Positions 37,186-51,255 of a stretch of 64,000 nt of DNA are shown here, one piece after another. The notes beneath the pieces are model-generated. The model made no database searches and had not been told where the DNA came from. It was given only the letters and a program-made list of their open reading frames with translations. The position numbers were made by a program, and so were the translations under genes. The stretch's first letter is position 1. Every line of letters starts with the position of its first letter. Source of the stretch: Octopus sinensis (Eukaryota); assembly GCF_006345805.1 (NCBI RefSeq), contig NC_043008.1, positions 56,110,001 through 56,174,000 of the forward strand, written 5' to 3'.

Positions 37186-39925
37186 GAAGAAATGAAATAC
37201 TGAAAACAATATTACAGGAATTAGAACCAATCTAGGTCAGTCAACACTATCTTCATGGACAAAAATAAGAGAACCGTCAGGAAAAGGCACAAACAAGCAG
37301 AACAATAGAAGACAGACTGCAGGAGTAGGGACAAGGAAAAGAAAATCCTGAAGTGAAAAATAAAGACACCAGGAAAATGAAGGACAAATTCCTAGCCGTT
37401 TGGAGATCCTGCCTTAAAAAAAAAAAATCTGCTATCATAGAGAGATGGGACTAAAATGCTGCTGTGCTCATGCCAAGCTATGTTAGATTTGGATTAAATG
37501 GAGTAAGTACTCTCCACAAAGCCAACATGGTTGGGGAAAACATACCTATTTCTTTACTACCCACAAGGGGCTAAACACAGAGGACAAACAAGGACAGACA
37601 AACGGATTAAGTCGATTAGACCCCAGTGTTGCACTGGTACTTATTTCATCGACCCCGAATTGGATGAAAGGCAAAGTCGACCTCGGCGGAATTTGAACTC
37701 AGAATGTAACGGCAGATGAAATACCGCTAAACATTTTGCCTGGCGTGCTAATGTTTCTGCCAGCTCGCCGCCTGGAGAAAAAATACCTGAAGAAGCCAAT
37801 GACCCACAGAATGCTTGTAGTAGAGAAGGATAAGTAATTAAAAGAAATGCAAATGGTCACCTAGAGAGGATAGATCATACTTTGTCTGCTTCTGTGAAAA
37901 GGTAAAATGCAGAGATAGTGTGGACTATGATTGCTGAGCAACAATTTTTGTGAAGCATAGCACAAAAAATAGCATGTTAGTTGGGTTGAGTACAAAAGAT
38001 GAATAAAGATAACCTGCAAGGCCATCACAAATGGTAGGCTCAGGATGGCTACTGCTGATATTTATGGAAGCATCACACCCATCCCGCTGCTAAATGTCTG
38101 AGGTCTGTTACAACTCAACAAAAGTAAAATGCCAAACCTGAGAGACCTTGCCACATGAACTCAAGCAGAAAATCGCTTTGAAATTGCATGGTTTCTGGTT
38201 CAGTTCCACCATGTGGCACTCTTTGCATGCGTTTTCAAGTATATCTCCAAACTGACTTACACCTTGTAAATGAATTTGGAAGACGGAAATTGTGTGGAAG
38301 CCTATCGTGTATGTGTGTGTATATGTTCATATATATATATGTGTGTATGTGTGTGTCTTTTTGTTTGTGTTTCTTCCCCAACACTGGTTGGCAACCTCTG
38401 TTGGTTTGTTTATGTCCTCATAACTTAGCGGTTTGGCAAAAAGAAACTGATAGAAAAAGTCCAAGATTTACAAATAAATACTGGAGCTTGATTTCTTTGG
38501 TTAATGCCCTTCAAGGTGGTTCCCCACCATGGGTATAGCCTAGTAACTGAAAGAACTAAAAAGGATAAAATGATAACAAGAAATAACTGATGTGGACATA
38601 CACATACCAATGTAAACTGCATTTCAAATTGACAGGAAAGAATGAAGTCTTTGCAGAGTTGCCATGTAGTTTGTCGAAGACCTTACACCTTTAGTTCTGC
38701 TGTCACAGTCAAAAGTCAGTTTGAGACACACAAATAGTACTTGTGTACATTGCTCAGAGTGCAGAGTCATTGAGTTTTTTTCTTTCACAACCATGATTTA
38801 AAGTGGTGGGTGTTAGGAAGGTGTAGAAGCCATGACAAAAGTTGATACTGAGGCTTGGTGCTGTCCTCCAGCATGGCAGGTCCTGTTTGAACCATCCAGC
38901 TCATGCCAGCATGGAAAAAGAGATTAAATGATGATGATGATGATGATGGTTCATGACTTTACTGTTCATGCCTCTATCACTTGATCATTGATGCTTTGTA
39001 CTCTTTATAGTAGATTGCTGAGCAAGTTTTGATCTTATGCTTCAAGATCAAAATGCCCCTTTAGTCATGTAGTGGATATGACTATGCTTCAAGTACCATA
39101 AAGATTGAGCTTGAGAGGTACCCTGTAGTCATTTGTTGTGAATATGACAACCTCTCTAGTGATGGTGCTATGAAAAAAAGCACCCACTACATTCTGTAAA
39201 GTGGTTGATGTTGGGAAGGACATCCAGCCTTAGAAACCAATCCAAAAACAAAACTCATGAGGGAGATGCTTTCTTCTAAGCCATTTTGGATACATGCTAG
39301 CTTCAGCTGTGGCAATCCATCTGAAACATGACAACAGAGAAAGTGTATGTAAAATGACAATGATGGTGACAACAACAGCAACAAGTTGATGTGGTCATAT
39401 GCAAATCATAACAGTTGCATGATAGTTCATTTGGAGAAAGCCCCAGAAAGATCAAGGAGATATTAACGAGATTGAATTAACTCATCAATGTACTTCTTCT
39501 CTTGGGTACCCTCAACTCCCCCTGTGTTAAATAACACAAAAGGCTGCATAATCTCAGAAATGTCTCTCTATAAGCAAAGACTAGCAGAATCTCCGTTTGA
39601 TCTCTCTAAATTACTGCTTATTTAGCTTTGTACTGACATCACTTTGGATCTTTGTTTTGTAAATTGCATTAAATCCATCCATAATGTGATGGTAGTGCTG
39701 GCAATTTTCTCAGACCATAATATAGTGGAACTAACAATGTGTACTCCAAGGGCAGTTGCAGATAACCGCATTACAAGAAACACTTGAACTCAATCTGGCC
39801 TGAAGTAGCTGAAAGCAGACTAAAAGCTGACCGAGAAAGGGATCTTGAAACAGGATTGGTCTCAAGTTTCTCTATGCAAAACACAGACACAGCACTTCAA
39901 AATTTACACCAATAATGCAAGCAAC

Positions 39926-39956
<31 letters not shown>

Positions 39957-39979
39957 ATTTAATGTGTGGGCGTGTGTAT

Positions 39980-40028
<49 letters not shown>

Positions 40029-43000
40029 AATGTGTGGGCGTGTGTATACATATATATATATAGGGCAGCGAGCTGGCAGAATCGTTAGCACACCGGGCGA
40101 AGTCTGCCATTACGTTCTGAGTTCAAATTCCGCCGAGGTCAACTTTGCCTTTCATCCTTTCAGGGTTGATTAAATAAGTACCAGTTACGCACTGGGGTTG
40201 ATGTAATCAACTTAATCCCTTTGTCTGTCCTTGTTTGTCCTTTATGTTTAGCCCCTTGTGGGCAATAAAGAAATATATATATATATATGTATTTATATAT
40301 ATGTATGTATATATATATATATACACATACATACATATATGTACACACTCACATATTAAATTTGTTCCTGAGAGAAAGGCTGACATATAATGAAAAAGAA
40401 AAATGTTACTCCTTGAGACAGAAAAGTCTTTGTGAGATGAAATATAAAGAACTCATATTGTTTAAATGAATAACTTAGAGACAGTGAAAAGTCCCTCTTG
40501 AAAAGGACACTCCAATGGATTGCAAACAAACTGAGATTCTCCCATGGAAATTAGAGGATAGAAAGACAGAACCAGTGCTGTAATATATATATGAAGGAAC
40601 CATAAGGTCTCCTATAAATTTGTGAAAGAACCAACCTCAGTGTGTTACAACATAAAGATATTGTTCAAAGGAAATAACTCACTGTTTGCATACCCCAAAG
40701 GGAAAAGTGAAACATTGAATGTGCATTTACAAGTGCTTTCACCTTGTTGCTGGGAAACATGTAAATACATGAGCCAGACAAGTTCTTTGAGACTTTGGTT
40801 CCCCATAAAGAAGGGGCTAGTATGGATTACATTGATATAAAGGAGAAAGATGTCACAGATCCCATAGATGAAACAAACTTCAACTCAGCAACAGGTCTGA
40901 TATGCTTCTAACGAGTCTCGGAAGCACTTGTAAAATACCTGCAGTGAAACCACTGCAGGTACTTTTTCAAAGTTTTCTTGTAAGTGGTAAACCTACCCAA
41001 TGAAATTTATATAAGGCATACTTTGCCCTATCTATAAAGGTCTATGAAGAACAGATACTGAAAAATTAGATGCCTATCTTTTTGACTTTATGCATCAGCA
41101 GGCATGGCTGTGTAGTATGAAGTTTGCTTCTGAACAACATGGTTCAGTCCCATAGCTTGGCATCTTGAACAGGTAGTTTCCATCTATCAAAATCTTGTGA
41201 ATGGATTTGGTAGATAGAAACTGAAAGAAACTATGTGTTTGTCACCCACCACTGTGTGACAACTGGTGTTTGTTTGTTTAAATCCTCATAACTTAGCTGT
41301 TTGGCAAAAGGGACTGATAGAATGTGTATTGAACTTGAAAAACAAAAAGTACTAGGGTGAGTTTGTTTGGCTAAACCTTTGAAAGATTGAACCTGAAATA
41401 ACTTAGTTGCAATATAAGCTTCTTAACCACCCAACCATGTCCAAGACTCTGGTTTGATTTTATAAGGGTATTTCATGAAGTTGGTCATAGAATATCTCTC
41501 AGGTGCAGGAGTGGCTGTGTGGTAAGTAGCTTGCTTACCAACCACATGGTTCTGAGTTCAGTCCCACTGCATGGCACCTTGGGCAAGTGCCTTTTACTAT
41601 AGCCTTGGGCTGACCAAAGCCTTGTGAGTGGATTTGGTAGACGGAAGCTGAAAGAAGCCCGTCATATATATGTATATATGTGTGTCTGTGTTTGTCCCCC
41701 CAACATCGCTTGGCAACCAATGCTGGTGTGTTTACGTTGCTGTAACTTAGCGGATCTGTAAAAGAGACCGATATAATAAGTACTAGGCTTACAAAGAATA
41801 AGTCCTCGGGTCGATTTGCTTGACTAAAGACGGTGCTCCAGTATGGCCACAGTCAAATGACTGAAACAAGTAAAAGAGCAAAAGAGTAAACTGCATTGTC
41901 ACAACTCTGTTGGGAAACTAAAAAGGGCAGCTGCATGACAAAGGTAGGCAGTAGCAAACAGTGACACTCTCTCAGAGGTGATATTAATTCCGAGTGGAGT
42001 CCTTCATCCATTTCTGCTTGTAGTGATTCTCTCAGTGACCTGTTGGGGCAAGTGAATTCGAAATTAACCAAATTCGATGACTGGCACCCGTGCCAGTGGA
42101 GCGCTAACAGCTCCATCCAAGTGGGATCACTGCCAGAGCAGCTGTCTGGCAGGTAAAGAGCACCATTTGAGCGTCATCATTGTCAGCATCGCCTCACTGG
42201 CACTTGTGCCGGTGGCACATGAACAAAACATTCGAGCGAGGTCGTTGCCAGTGCTGCTGGACTGACTCCTGTGCAGGTGGCACATAGAAAACACCATTTT
42301 CGAGTCTGGCCGTTGCCAGTACTGCCAGACAGGCCCTTGTGCCAGTGGCACTTTAAAAGCACCCACTACACTCTTGGAGTGATTGGCGTTAGGAAGGGCA
42401 TCCAGCTGTAGAAACTCTGCCAGATCAGATTGGAGCCTGGCGCAGCCATCTGGTTCACCATTCCTCAGTCAAATCGTCCAACCCATGCTAGCATGGAAAA
42501 CGGACGTTAAACGATGATGATGATGATGATAATGATGATGATACAGAGAGCTGGTCTCACCAGGTATTCTGATGTTGATACAAAAATAGCAAAAGATATT
42601 GCTATCACAAATGTACAATGGTATTTGCATGGTAGTGAAAGGTTGGGCTTTGAATGTGAAAGATTTGCAATGCTTAGAAAGAAATACAGTGAATATGTTC
42701 TACTGAATGTGTTATGCTGGTGTGCAGGGATGCTGGTGCCACAGTGAAAAGGATGCAGTACATTCTGTGAAAGTATTTGGTGGACATAGGCTGTATAAGC
42801 TGAGCCAGAGATGGGATGTATAAGAGAGAAGGAGTGAGAGAGAAAGCTGTGGTTCTCCAACCATCTTTGGAGGATGCTCATTCTAAACAAGAACTAAACT
42901 GGACTGTAACAACTTGTCAGCATGGAAAGTAGCAAGGAAATGATGTGTGTGTGTGTGTGTGAGTGTGTGTGTGTGTGTGTGTGCACTCACACACATATAT

Positions 43001-43378
43001 ATATATAAAAGCATACACACATATATATATATATTAAAGTATATATGTATATACATATTCACAAGAACATATGTACACAACAAGCATGTGTGTGTGTGGG
43101 TGTTTATGTTTATTTATATGTATTTATTCAAATGTGTGTATGTGTGTGTCTGTCTTCTCTTCCCAAATAAAGTTTTTGGCATGGGGTGGCTGGGTATATT
43201 TTCGCAATGATATCTGAAGGATATTCGAATGCTTGATATCCATGTATGCACCTCTCTGCATACATGGATATGTATTTATACTCACATCTGTCTATCTACA
43301 CACACACACACACACATACATACATGTATATCTCTAGATAGGTAATGTGCATATTAACGAAAGTATATTCTATTTCAG

Positions 43379-43564
43379 GAGTAGTGGTATTCTAGAAGAT
43401 TCCGAGACCGAAGCAGTCTCAAGCAGCACTAGAGGCAACACTGATCCAGTAATCTCTCCTGTTCATACTCCAGCATCTCCTGAAGAAGAAAAAATCAATA
43501 ATGTTCCTTTTATTGCAAAGAAGCCTTTTAATGCTGGCCCTCTTGAGAAACGGCCCTTATCAAG
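43379..43564 (+). CDS. Myo9: Myosin IX exon: disordered tail (SSGILEDSETEAVSSSTRGNTDPVISPVHTPASPEEEKINNVPFIAKKPFNAGPLEKRPLS)
   Basis: tatttcag| ... |gtgagc; 186 nt, phase 2/2. Continues ...HDSEE-SSGILEDSE in frame across a 20-kb intron. Confidence 0.8.
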
Positions 43565-43668
43565 GTGAGCATAACTGTTTTAATGTGTTTAATTCTTGCG
43601 GGGTTTGTTTTCTTTTGCTTTTTATGATGTGCAGAAGTCCCTTCTTTGAAAGATAATGAGTTTTTTGG

Positions 43669-44082
43669 GATCTTTTTGGTTTGAAAGGCAGTTTTTTCTA
43701 GCGGTGTCATATGAAATTGTCACCCATAATTATGACCCTAGTATCGATCTATTGCATTTCAATCTGTTTTAGGGTTAGGGTTGGGGGTGGGAGAAGGGTA
43801 TCTTTTTTTCTTCAGAAACGTAAATAAACCCAATCTGTTTCTTAAACGAGGGACATATTCATATGGCACAGAATGTGTTTCACCTCAATAGACGTCATTG
43901 ATTGGTTGAAATTGCCGAAATTGAAGAAAAAAAACAACAAATATCTTACAAACTATAGAATTTTCTCAATAAAGCCAAGAGAAAAAGATGTTTTATAAAC
44001 ACATTCTACCAGTATACGAAGTTTAAAAGTGTTTAGTTACGTGGAAATTATTTTAAAAACTGCCGTTCAAACCGAAAAGATC
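43669..44082. mobile_element. ~410-bp MITE with ~28-bp TIRs and an internal TTAGGG tract
   Basis: Left end gatctttttggtttgaaaggcagttttt versus reverse complement of right end gatcttttcggtttgaacggcagttttt. Confidence 0.75.
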
Positions 44083-44608
44083 TGTTTTTTTGTTGTAATT
44101 CTTCAGAATCAATTAATGTCATACTTTCTTCCAGGTTCTGTGAACAGAAATTCTGCCCAAGTCAACTTTGCCTGTATTTGATCCTTCTGTGGGTGTAGGG
44201 AAAATAAATATCAGTGAAACACTGGAAGTGTGTGGTCAGTTAGCTTTGGCTAATCCTTCACTGAATGCAGCTGTGCTCCACTGATATAAGCTGTGACCTT
44301 ATACTAATGTTGGATATATTATTAATATCCCAAAACTTAGATATCAATTGATACAGTATATCTACATCTTCATTGCCTGCTTTCGAGAGTGAAGGTTGTA
44401 CACACACAGACAGACACACACACACACACACAGACACACATGCATACATGCACAATACAGTGAGAAAGTGTGCTCAACGCCACATTTGGTAGATAAATAT
44501 TTCTTATTTGTGGATTGCTTGAAGATTGCGGAAATTCTTTCTATATGAAACCACTGGTAGCATGTTAATCAACATGTCTAATCTTGTAAATGTCTTCATC
44601 TAAACATA

Positions 44609-44795
44609 TATATATGATGGGAAAAGCCACTAAGTGGTTTTCCAACATACTAGAAATAGTAGTTAAATCCCAATCCACGAAAAATCTAATTCTTATTTTA
44701 GCACATTTAAGAATTAGTTTTTTTCATGGTTTAGGATTTAACTCCTAATTCTTGTGTGCTAGAAAACCACTTAATTGGTTTTCCCTTCATGTATA
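44609..44795. repeat. ~185-bp imperfect hairpin (77-bp core arms, 12-nt loop)
   Basis: Arm 44619-44695 pairs with 44708-44785. Confidence 0.85.
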
Positions 44796-44904
44796 ATTTT
44801 TATGCACACATATAATATAACGATATTTGTATTTGTAGTCTATGGACATTTTCACTCATACTGGCCACTGGTTAAAGTTAATATTTAACTTTTACCCTAT
44901 ATAT

Positions 44905-44946
<42 letters not shown>

Positions 44947-46048
44947 CAACAATTGAGGGTAAAATTAATTAATTAATCAATTTCACCAAGTATTCAGTAT
45001 GCAAAGGGACCATTTAAGGCGAATTCAAATTATTACATTATATAAAAGGGCTTAGTAAAATAAATTACTTGCCGCATACTGAACTCATTAGAAATAGCAT
45101 CCAAAAAAAAACTTTTTTAAAACTATTTCCAATACTTAAAGAAAACCTCTCTCATATAGTGTTTGCTCAATTCAAGATCTCTCATTATAGGAATGTCCCT
45201 AATTATTCAAAGAAATTTTCTTTCGTCAGAATTGACATAATCCATGAAGAGACTAGGATATATTGCCTCAGAGCATTGAAACACACTGATACCATTTCTT
45301 TGTGTATTCCTCAGATCACTTTGACTCCTCTTTCCTTCAGCGTTATTTCAAACCATTTATACAAACAGGAATCTCAGCATTTAGCTGCAATATGGATAGG
45401 GTCATTATGAAATTCAGTAGCGTTTTAACTGTGTAACCAACCAGAATGTTTAGTTTTTTTTTCCATTGAAGTTCTCAACCCCCTTTACTAAAATATGTAT
45501 CTTCATTTCACTCTTATTTTGTGCAGTTCATTTTTGGACCAGCGTTTTGACTACTCACGATTATTTTGTAATGATCAGAGGTAATGTACATATGCATGTT
45601 TCAGGGCTCCTCACCTCAAATTCCAAACTTGGTATTCTTTTTGAAACTTCCCGAACATTAATATTATATTCTATTACTTATGTATGTATGTGGGTGCATA
45701 TATGTGTGTATGATTAACTCCCATGCTGCCTTTTCTATACCTTGCAAAATTTCAGTTAACTGATTTTATTAAAGTTATCTCCCTTGCTTCCAGTTTTAGA
45801 ATTTACGCAAAAGAGTTATTTCCCATGTTAACTGTTTTTGAAACTTACAGAAAGGTTTTGCCTGCTAATTGCAAGGACAATCTCAATGTGTATATATGTG
45901 CGTGTATGTGTATGGGTGGGAACTGTAATTTCTTTTCTATTTCTTTTTATTTTTGAGTGGTGGTAGTAGTGGTGGGTAACATGATGAAAAGCATCCTTCT
46001 CAAACCCTATGGACCCATAAGGTTTAGTTTCCAAGTTACCCAGTTTTT

Positions 46049-46088
<40 letters not shown>

Positions 46089-46771
46089 TGTGTCTGTATA
46101 TACAAATATGTGTATGTGTGTGTATATATATATATATATTTCTTTACTACCCACAAGGGGCTAAATACAGAGGAGACAAACAAGGACAGACAAACAGATT
46201 TAAGTCGATTACATCGACCCCATTGTATAGCTGGTACTTAATTTATCGACCCCGGAAGGATGAAAGGCAAAGTCAACCTCGGCGGAATTTGAACCCAGAG
46301 CATAACAGCAGATGAAATATGGCTACGCATTTCGCCCAGCGTGCTAACATTTCTGCCAGCTCGCCTTATATATTTATGGACCACGACATTATATATGTTA
46401 TCACATAGCCTTTCAAAGACAGGATAGTCAAGGCTGGAGAGCCTTTAATCATAAATCTACTTGATTTTGGTTGGCCTGGGGTTAAATGATAACAGCAACA
46501 ATATATTTTTTTGAAAAACATATTTGAATATATTTTTAATAAAAAAAGACATTCGGCAAAAATATATATAGGCACAGGCATGACGGTGTGGTTAAAAAGG
46601 TCACCTTTGCAACCTTGTCGTTTTGTGTTCAATCCCAGTGTGTGACTCCTGGGGGTGAGTGTCTTTTACAGTAACCCTGGGCCAACCAGTGCATTTTGTG
46701 TGAATCTAGTAGACGAAAACTCTGTGGAAGTCTGTTGTATATATATATGTGTACATATGTATATATATATA

Positions 46772-46816
<45 letters not shown>

Positions 46817-47609
46817 CATACATACATACGTACATACATACATATGTGTGTTTGTGTTTGTCCCCCCACCACAACTTGATAACCTGTGTTGGTCTGTTTA
46901 CATCCTCATAACTTAGCAGTTCATTGAAAGAAGTGATAGAATAAATTCCGGGCTTTAAAAGAAGCATACTCTGGTCACTCCATTCGACTAAAACCCTTGA
47001 AGCCAGAGCCCCAGCATGGCCACAGTCCAAACTACTGAAACAAATAAACAGCAAAAAATAAAAATACATATTTTCATTGACCCCGATTTCATGAACAAAT
47101 TCCAACAAGGGTTCGTTTTTCCAACCTAAAATTACGTAGACACCTCCTTTAATTACTTCCGAGTAAACCCTTGGAATTTTCAATATAAATTTTCACAGTT
47201 CAAAAAGAATCCAGTTTGGAATGGTGGGGAGGGGGAAGGTTTATTTTCTTCCTTTGTTTCTTATTTTAGACTAATTAACTGTTTTCTTTTCTTCCCCACC
47301 TGACTTCGCAGAATATTTCTAGCGTTCCTTTTCTTCTTATTCATTGTTCTTTTTCTCCTTCATCGTTCATATTAATAGTATTTCTTTTACAGGACTCACT
47401 GTCTTCCTTCATTAATTCTTTATATAGTATAATCATTGGCGTATGCTAGTGGTTGTACATCGGGTGTGCTGCCACACACAATGCTACCAAATTTCAAGCA
47501 GGGGTATAACAAAAGTTTTCCATTCAGATTTGTGATTAAATTAATGAGTAAGGTTAATAATTATAATGAATTTGCACAGACCTAGCACACCTGGAAATGC
47601 ACCCCTGAA

Positions 47610-47667
<58 letters not shown>

Positions 47668-47669
<2 letters not shown>

Positions 47670-47824
47670 AAGTTGTCGCCCAAAGTTTGGATCATAGGTC
47701 TGAAAATTTGAATTTTTGAAATTAAAAGCTCAAATATATACGTTGTATATATTTGAATCAAATTGCACTTGAACATAACAATTTTGATCTTTAAAAATAT
47801 GTTCTGAACTTTTGGCTATGGCTG
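47668..47824. mobile_element. Possible Tc1-like MITE within a (TA)n tract
   Basis: Weak TIR similarity (caaagttgtcgcccaaagtttggatcat / cagccatagccaaaagttcagaacat); TA flanks. Confidence 0.4.
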
Positions 47825-49907
47825 TATATATATATATATGTGTGTGTGTGTGTATATATATGTATATATGTAAATGTATATGTGCACATACGCACACACA
47901 TATACACTTATCTACACACACACATGCTCACTTAATGGCTGCAAATTGATCTCAAGCAATGTCATTGATTGATTGTTCTCTGAAACCAGTTTGGAAGTGG
48001 CTTTTCAGTCCTTCTAGTAACATACTCTCTTTTGCACAGATGTGGCAATGATGGGCACCTCCTAAAACAGGTGTTCAGAGAAGTTACTATGCAGACTGAC
48101 ACATGCCTCCATTGAGTATTTTGCCTTTTCCAGCTACACCCACTCGTAGATGTTTACAAGTTCTTAAATGTTCCAAACATCTGTTATTGGCTTAGGTTCT
48201 GAGAAAATTAAAACATGATCCAGATTCATTTAGAAATTTGTAAATTTAACTGTAAATAGATTGATACATTGTCATTATCATTTTATGTCTGCTTTCCATG
48301 CAGATATGGGGTGGACATGTTTGTAGGTTCAGTCCCACTGCATGGCATCTTGGGCAATTGTTTTCTATTATAGTTTTGAGTTGACCAAAGCTTTTTGAGT
48401 GAATTTGGGAGAAAGAAAGTGGAAAAGCCCATTATGTGTATGTGTTGCCAGTACAGCCTGACTGGCCCTCGTGCCGGTGGCACGTAAAAGCTCCCACTAC
48501 ACACTCGGAGTGGTTGGCGTTAGGAAGGGCATCCAGCTGTAGAAACTCTGTCAGATCAGATTGGATCCTGGTGCGGCCTTCTGGTTCGCCAGTCCACAGT
48601 CAAATTGTCCAACCCATGCCAGCATGGAAAGCGGACGTTAAACGATGATGATGATGATTGTGTGCTGGTTGTAAATGAGCATCACTGTCATAAATGCAGG
48701 GTCACTCAGTTTCAGTATTCTGCAAGGACACGTCTCACCCATAGGAAAATATTACCTTGCTTGGAAACAGGTATGGGTTGGTAACAGGAAGGGCATCCAG
48801 CCATAGAGAATATGCTTCAAATCAACTCCATCCAACCCATGCAGCCTGGAAAAGTGGACATTGAAATGATGATGATGATGTAATTGACATGCATGCGTAT
48901 GCACACATGTACACACATACATACACACAAACACACATATATAAGTTTTCGTTAGATACGAAGTAATTATTAACAGGTATACTGTGTCCTCTTGCTATGT
49001 ATTCAACTGCTACTGTAATGGCATCTGCTCCCTTGAACTAGCCATCTGCATACCACCTCTTGATGTATTCAGCCCCTGACTCATTCCTCACTCTCACCCT
49101 TTCTACTGTTCCTCAACTCATCTCTTCCTCTTGGGGATGTGATGAGAAGGGTACATTCTTTCTAAACACTGATTTCAATCATTCTATTCCCAGGACTCTT
49201 TGCCATCTTCCAGAAATCCTCCTCTTTCTTAGCTGACATTCTTCAGCTCTACAACACACTCAGACTGAACAGCAATTCATTATTGTCAACAGTATTGAGC
49301 AATGATGGGCCAAGGTCCTTCGTCTCCTTTGACTAATAATTAAAACAGCAACCAAAAAAAAAAAACTAATAAATAACTGTCAAAAGCACCATAAAATACC
49401 CATTTCAGCATTAAATATTATATTCTCTCTTTATTTTAGCATCTCTTGAATCTTTACTGTTCTTTTCAAAGTTTCTTTAATTATTTCGTTAAAACTGTAT
49501 AAATTACTTTGTTATTGTTAACTTTTGTTTTCTTTTTACATTTTCAAATATCTGTACAATAACAACAACAAAGAATACTAATACTACTGTTATATAATAT
49601 TGGTTGACCTATGGATTTGTCCATGAAGATAACCACTATCATTGATCTCTCTCTTCCTCTTGTATACTATATATATAGGATTCAAAGAAATTCCAACTCT
49701 GTTTTTTATGTTTTATTTATATTCTTTATAATATTAATGTAGAATATAGAATATATAGTATAAATGATATATATATAGTATGATGAAATGAAGTATTGAT
49801 TGTCTTATTGAATAGATGAAATGTTGAATATAAAATATAAAATATTAGGGGACTAGTATACTTTCATGCATTATAGCAGTCTTCAAGGTCCCAGGTTGTG
49901 ATATATA

Positions 49908-49966
<59 letters not shown>

Positions 49967-50297
49967 CACATATATATATATACATACACATATATATATA
50001 AGTTCAAGGTGGGGAGAGAAAACAGATAGGTTTATAATCCTCCTAGTCCAGCCAATAAATATTCAAATTGGGAACAATCAAATATATACATGTATATTTT
50101 TATTATATAATCCCAAGATTTGGTGATCACAATACATATATATATACAGAAAATTACATCAGATAAAATATATTAATTAAAATCACGAACAGGTGAGATG
50201 CTGGAAAGATGTTAGAATAGAGTAAGGCGATTTAAAACTGTCTTTGAATGAAGAGAAAATAAAGCAGTCAAAGAAGGAAGTGAAAATATAAGGGAGA

Positions 50298-50380
50298 TAT
50301 CTTACGATCGTTTCAGGGAATATACAAAGCAAAAACTTTTTCTTTCAACTTTGGTAGCCACATTTCCTTCATCAGAGATA
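50298..50380 (-). ncRNA. Minimal type I hammerhead ribozyme, array copy 1
   Basis: uaucu-CUGAUGA-agg[54-nt stem II domain]ccu-GAAAC-GAUC-GUA|agaua. Predicted cleavage between 50303 and 50302. Confidence 0.85.
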
Positions 50381-50772
50381 GAATTTTTAAAGTTTAGGTT
50401 TTTTAAAAGTTTAAGTTTTTTAAAAGAGCTTTTCTCACAACAACTGTGTGATCTTGGTAATAAATATAGATTGCCCAACCTTGTGATTATGTAGCAAAAA
50501 TATTTGTATATATTTGATTGCATTCCCATTTTGAATATGTATCGGCCAGATGAGGAGGATGATGAACTAATCTGTTTTCTCTCCCTCCTTGAACTTTGAT
50601 ATTTGCTCTGCATATTGAGCCCTTCTGTGTTATTTCATGGAAAGCACTACACTCTTTTATTATTTAATGTGTGTGTATGTATGTATGTATGTATGTAGTA
50701 GTTGTCTGTCAATCTATATACATATATATGTGTGTGTGAATCTACATATAACACACATACGTATATATGTAT

Positions 50773-50829
<57 letters not shown>

Positions 50830-51172
50830 TATATATATATAATATATATATATATACATACACATATATATATAAGTTCAAGGTGGGGAGAGAAAACAGA
50901 TAGGTTTATAATCCTCCTAGTCCAGCCAATAAATATTCAAATTGGGAACAATCAAATATATACATGTATATTTTTATTATATAATCCCAAGATTTGGTGA
51001 TCACAATACATATATATATACAGAAAATTACATCAGATAAAATATATTAAATTAAAATCACGAACAGGTGAGATGCTGGAAAGATGTTAGAATAGAGTAA
51101 GGCGATTTAAAACTGTCTTTGAATGAAGAGAAAATAAAGCAGTCAAAGAAGGAAGTGAAAATATAAGGGAGA

Positions 51173-51255
51173 TATCTTACGATCGTTTCAGGGAATATAC
51201 AAAGCAAAAACTTTTTCTTTCAACTTTGGTAGCCACATTTCCTTCATCAGAGATA
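51173..51255 (-). ncRNA. Minimal type I hammerhead ribozyme, array copy 2
   Basis: Identical to copy 1; predicted cleavage between 51178 and 51177. Confidence 0.85.

Noticed and set aside
45190-45235. CUGACGA...GAAU hammerhead-like match on the minus strand; similar partial matches at ~57464 (+), ~56305 (+) and ~32815 (+)
   Set aside because: Each lacks the GAAA core, a valid stem II or stem III, or the upstream CUGANGA.
44860-45900. Possible Penelope/GIY-YIG or LINE coding remnant (also 39400-41090, 54730-55130 and 56700-57280)
   Set aside because: Too degenerate to assign motifs by eye; needs an HMM or tblastn search.
50302-50613. 103-aa minus-strand ORF repeated three times (MQSKYQSSRR...)
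   Set aside because: No canonical start context or recognisable domain. It runs through the hammerhead and is better explained as non-coding unit sequence. I could not identify a GIY-YIG motif in it.
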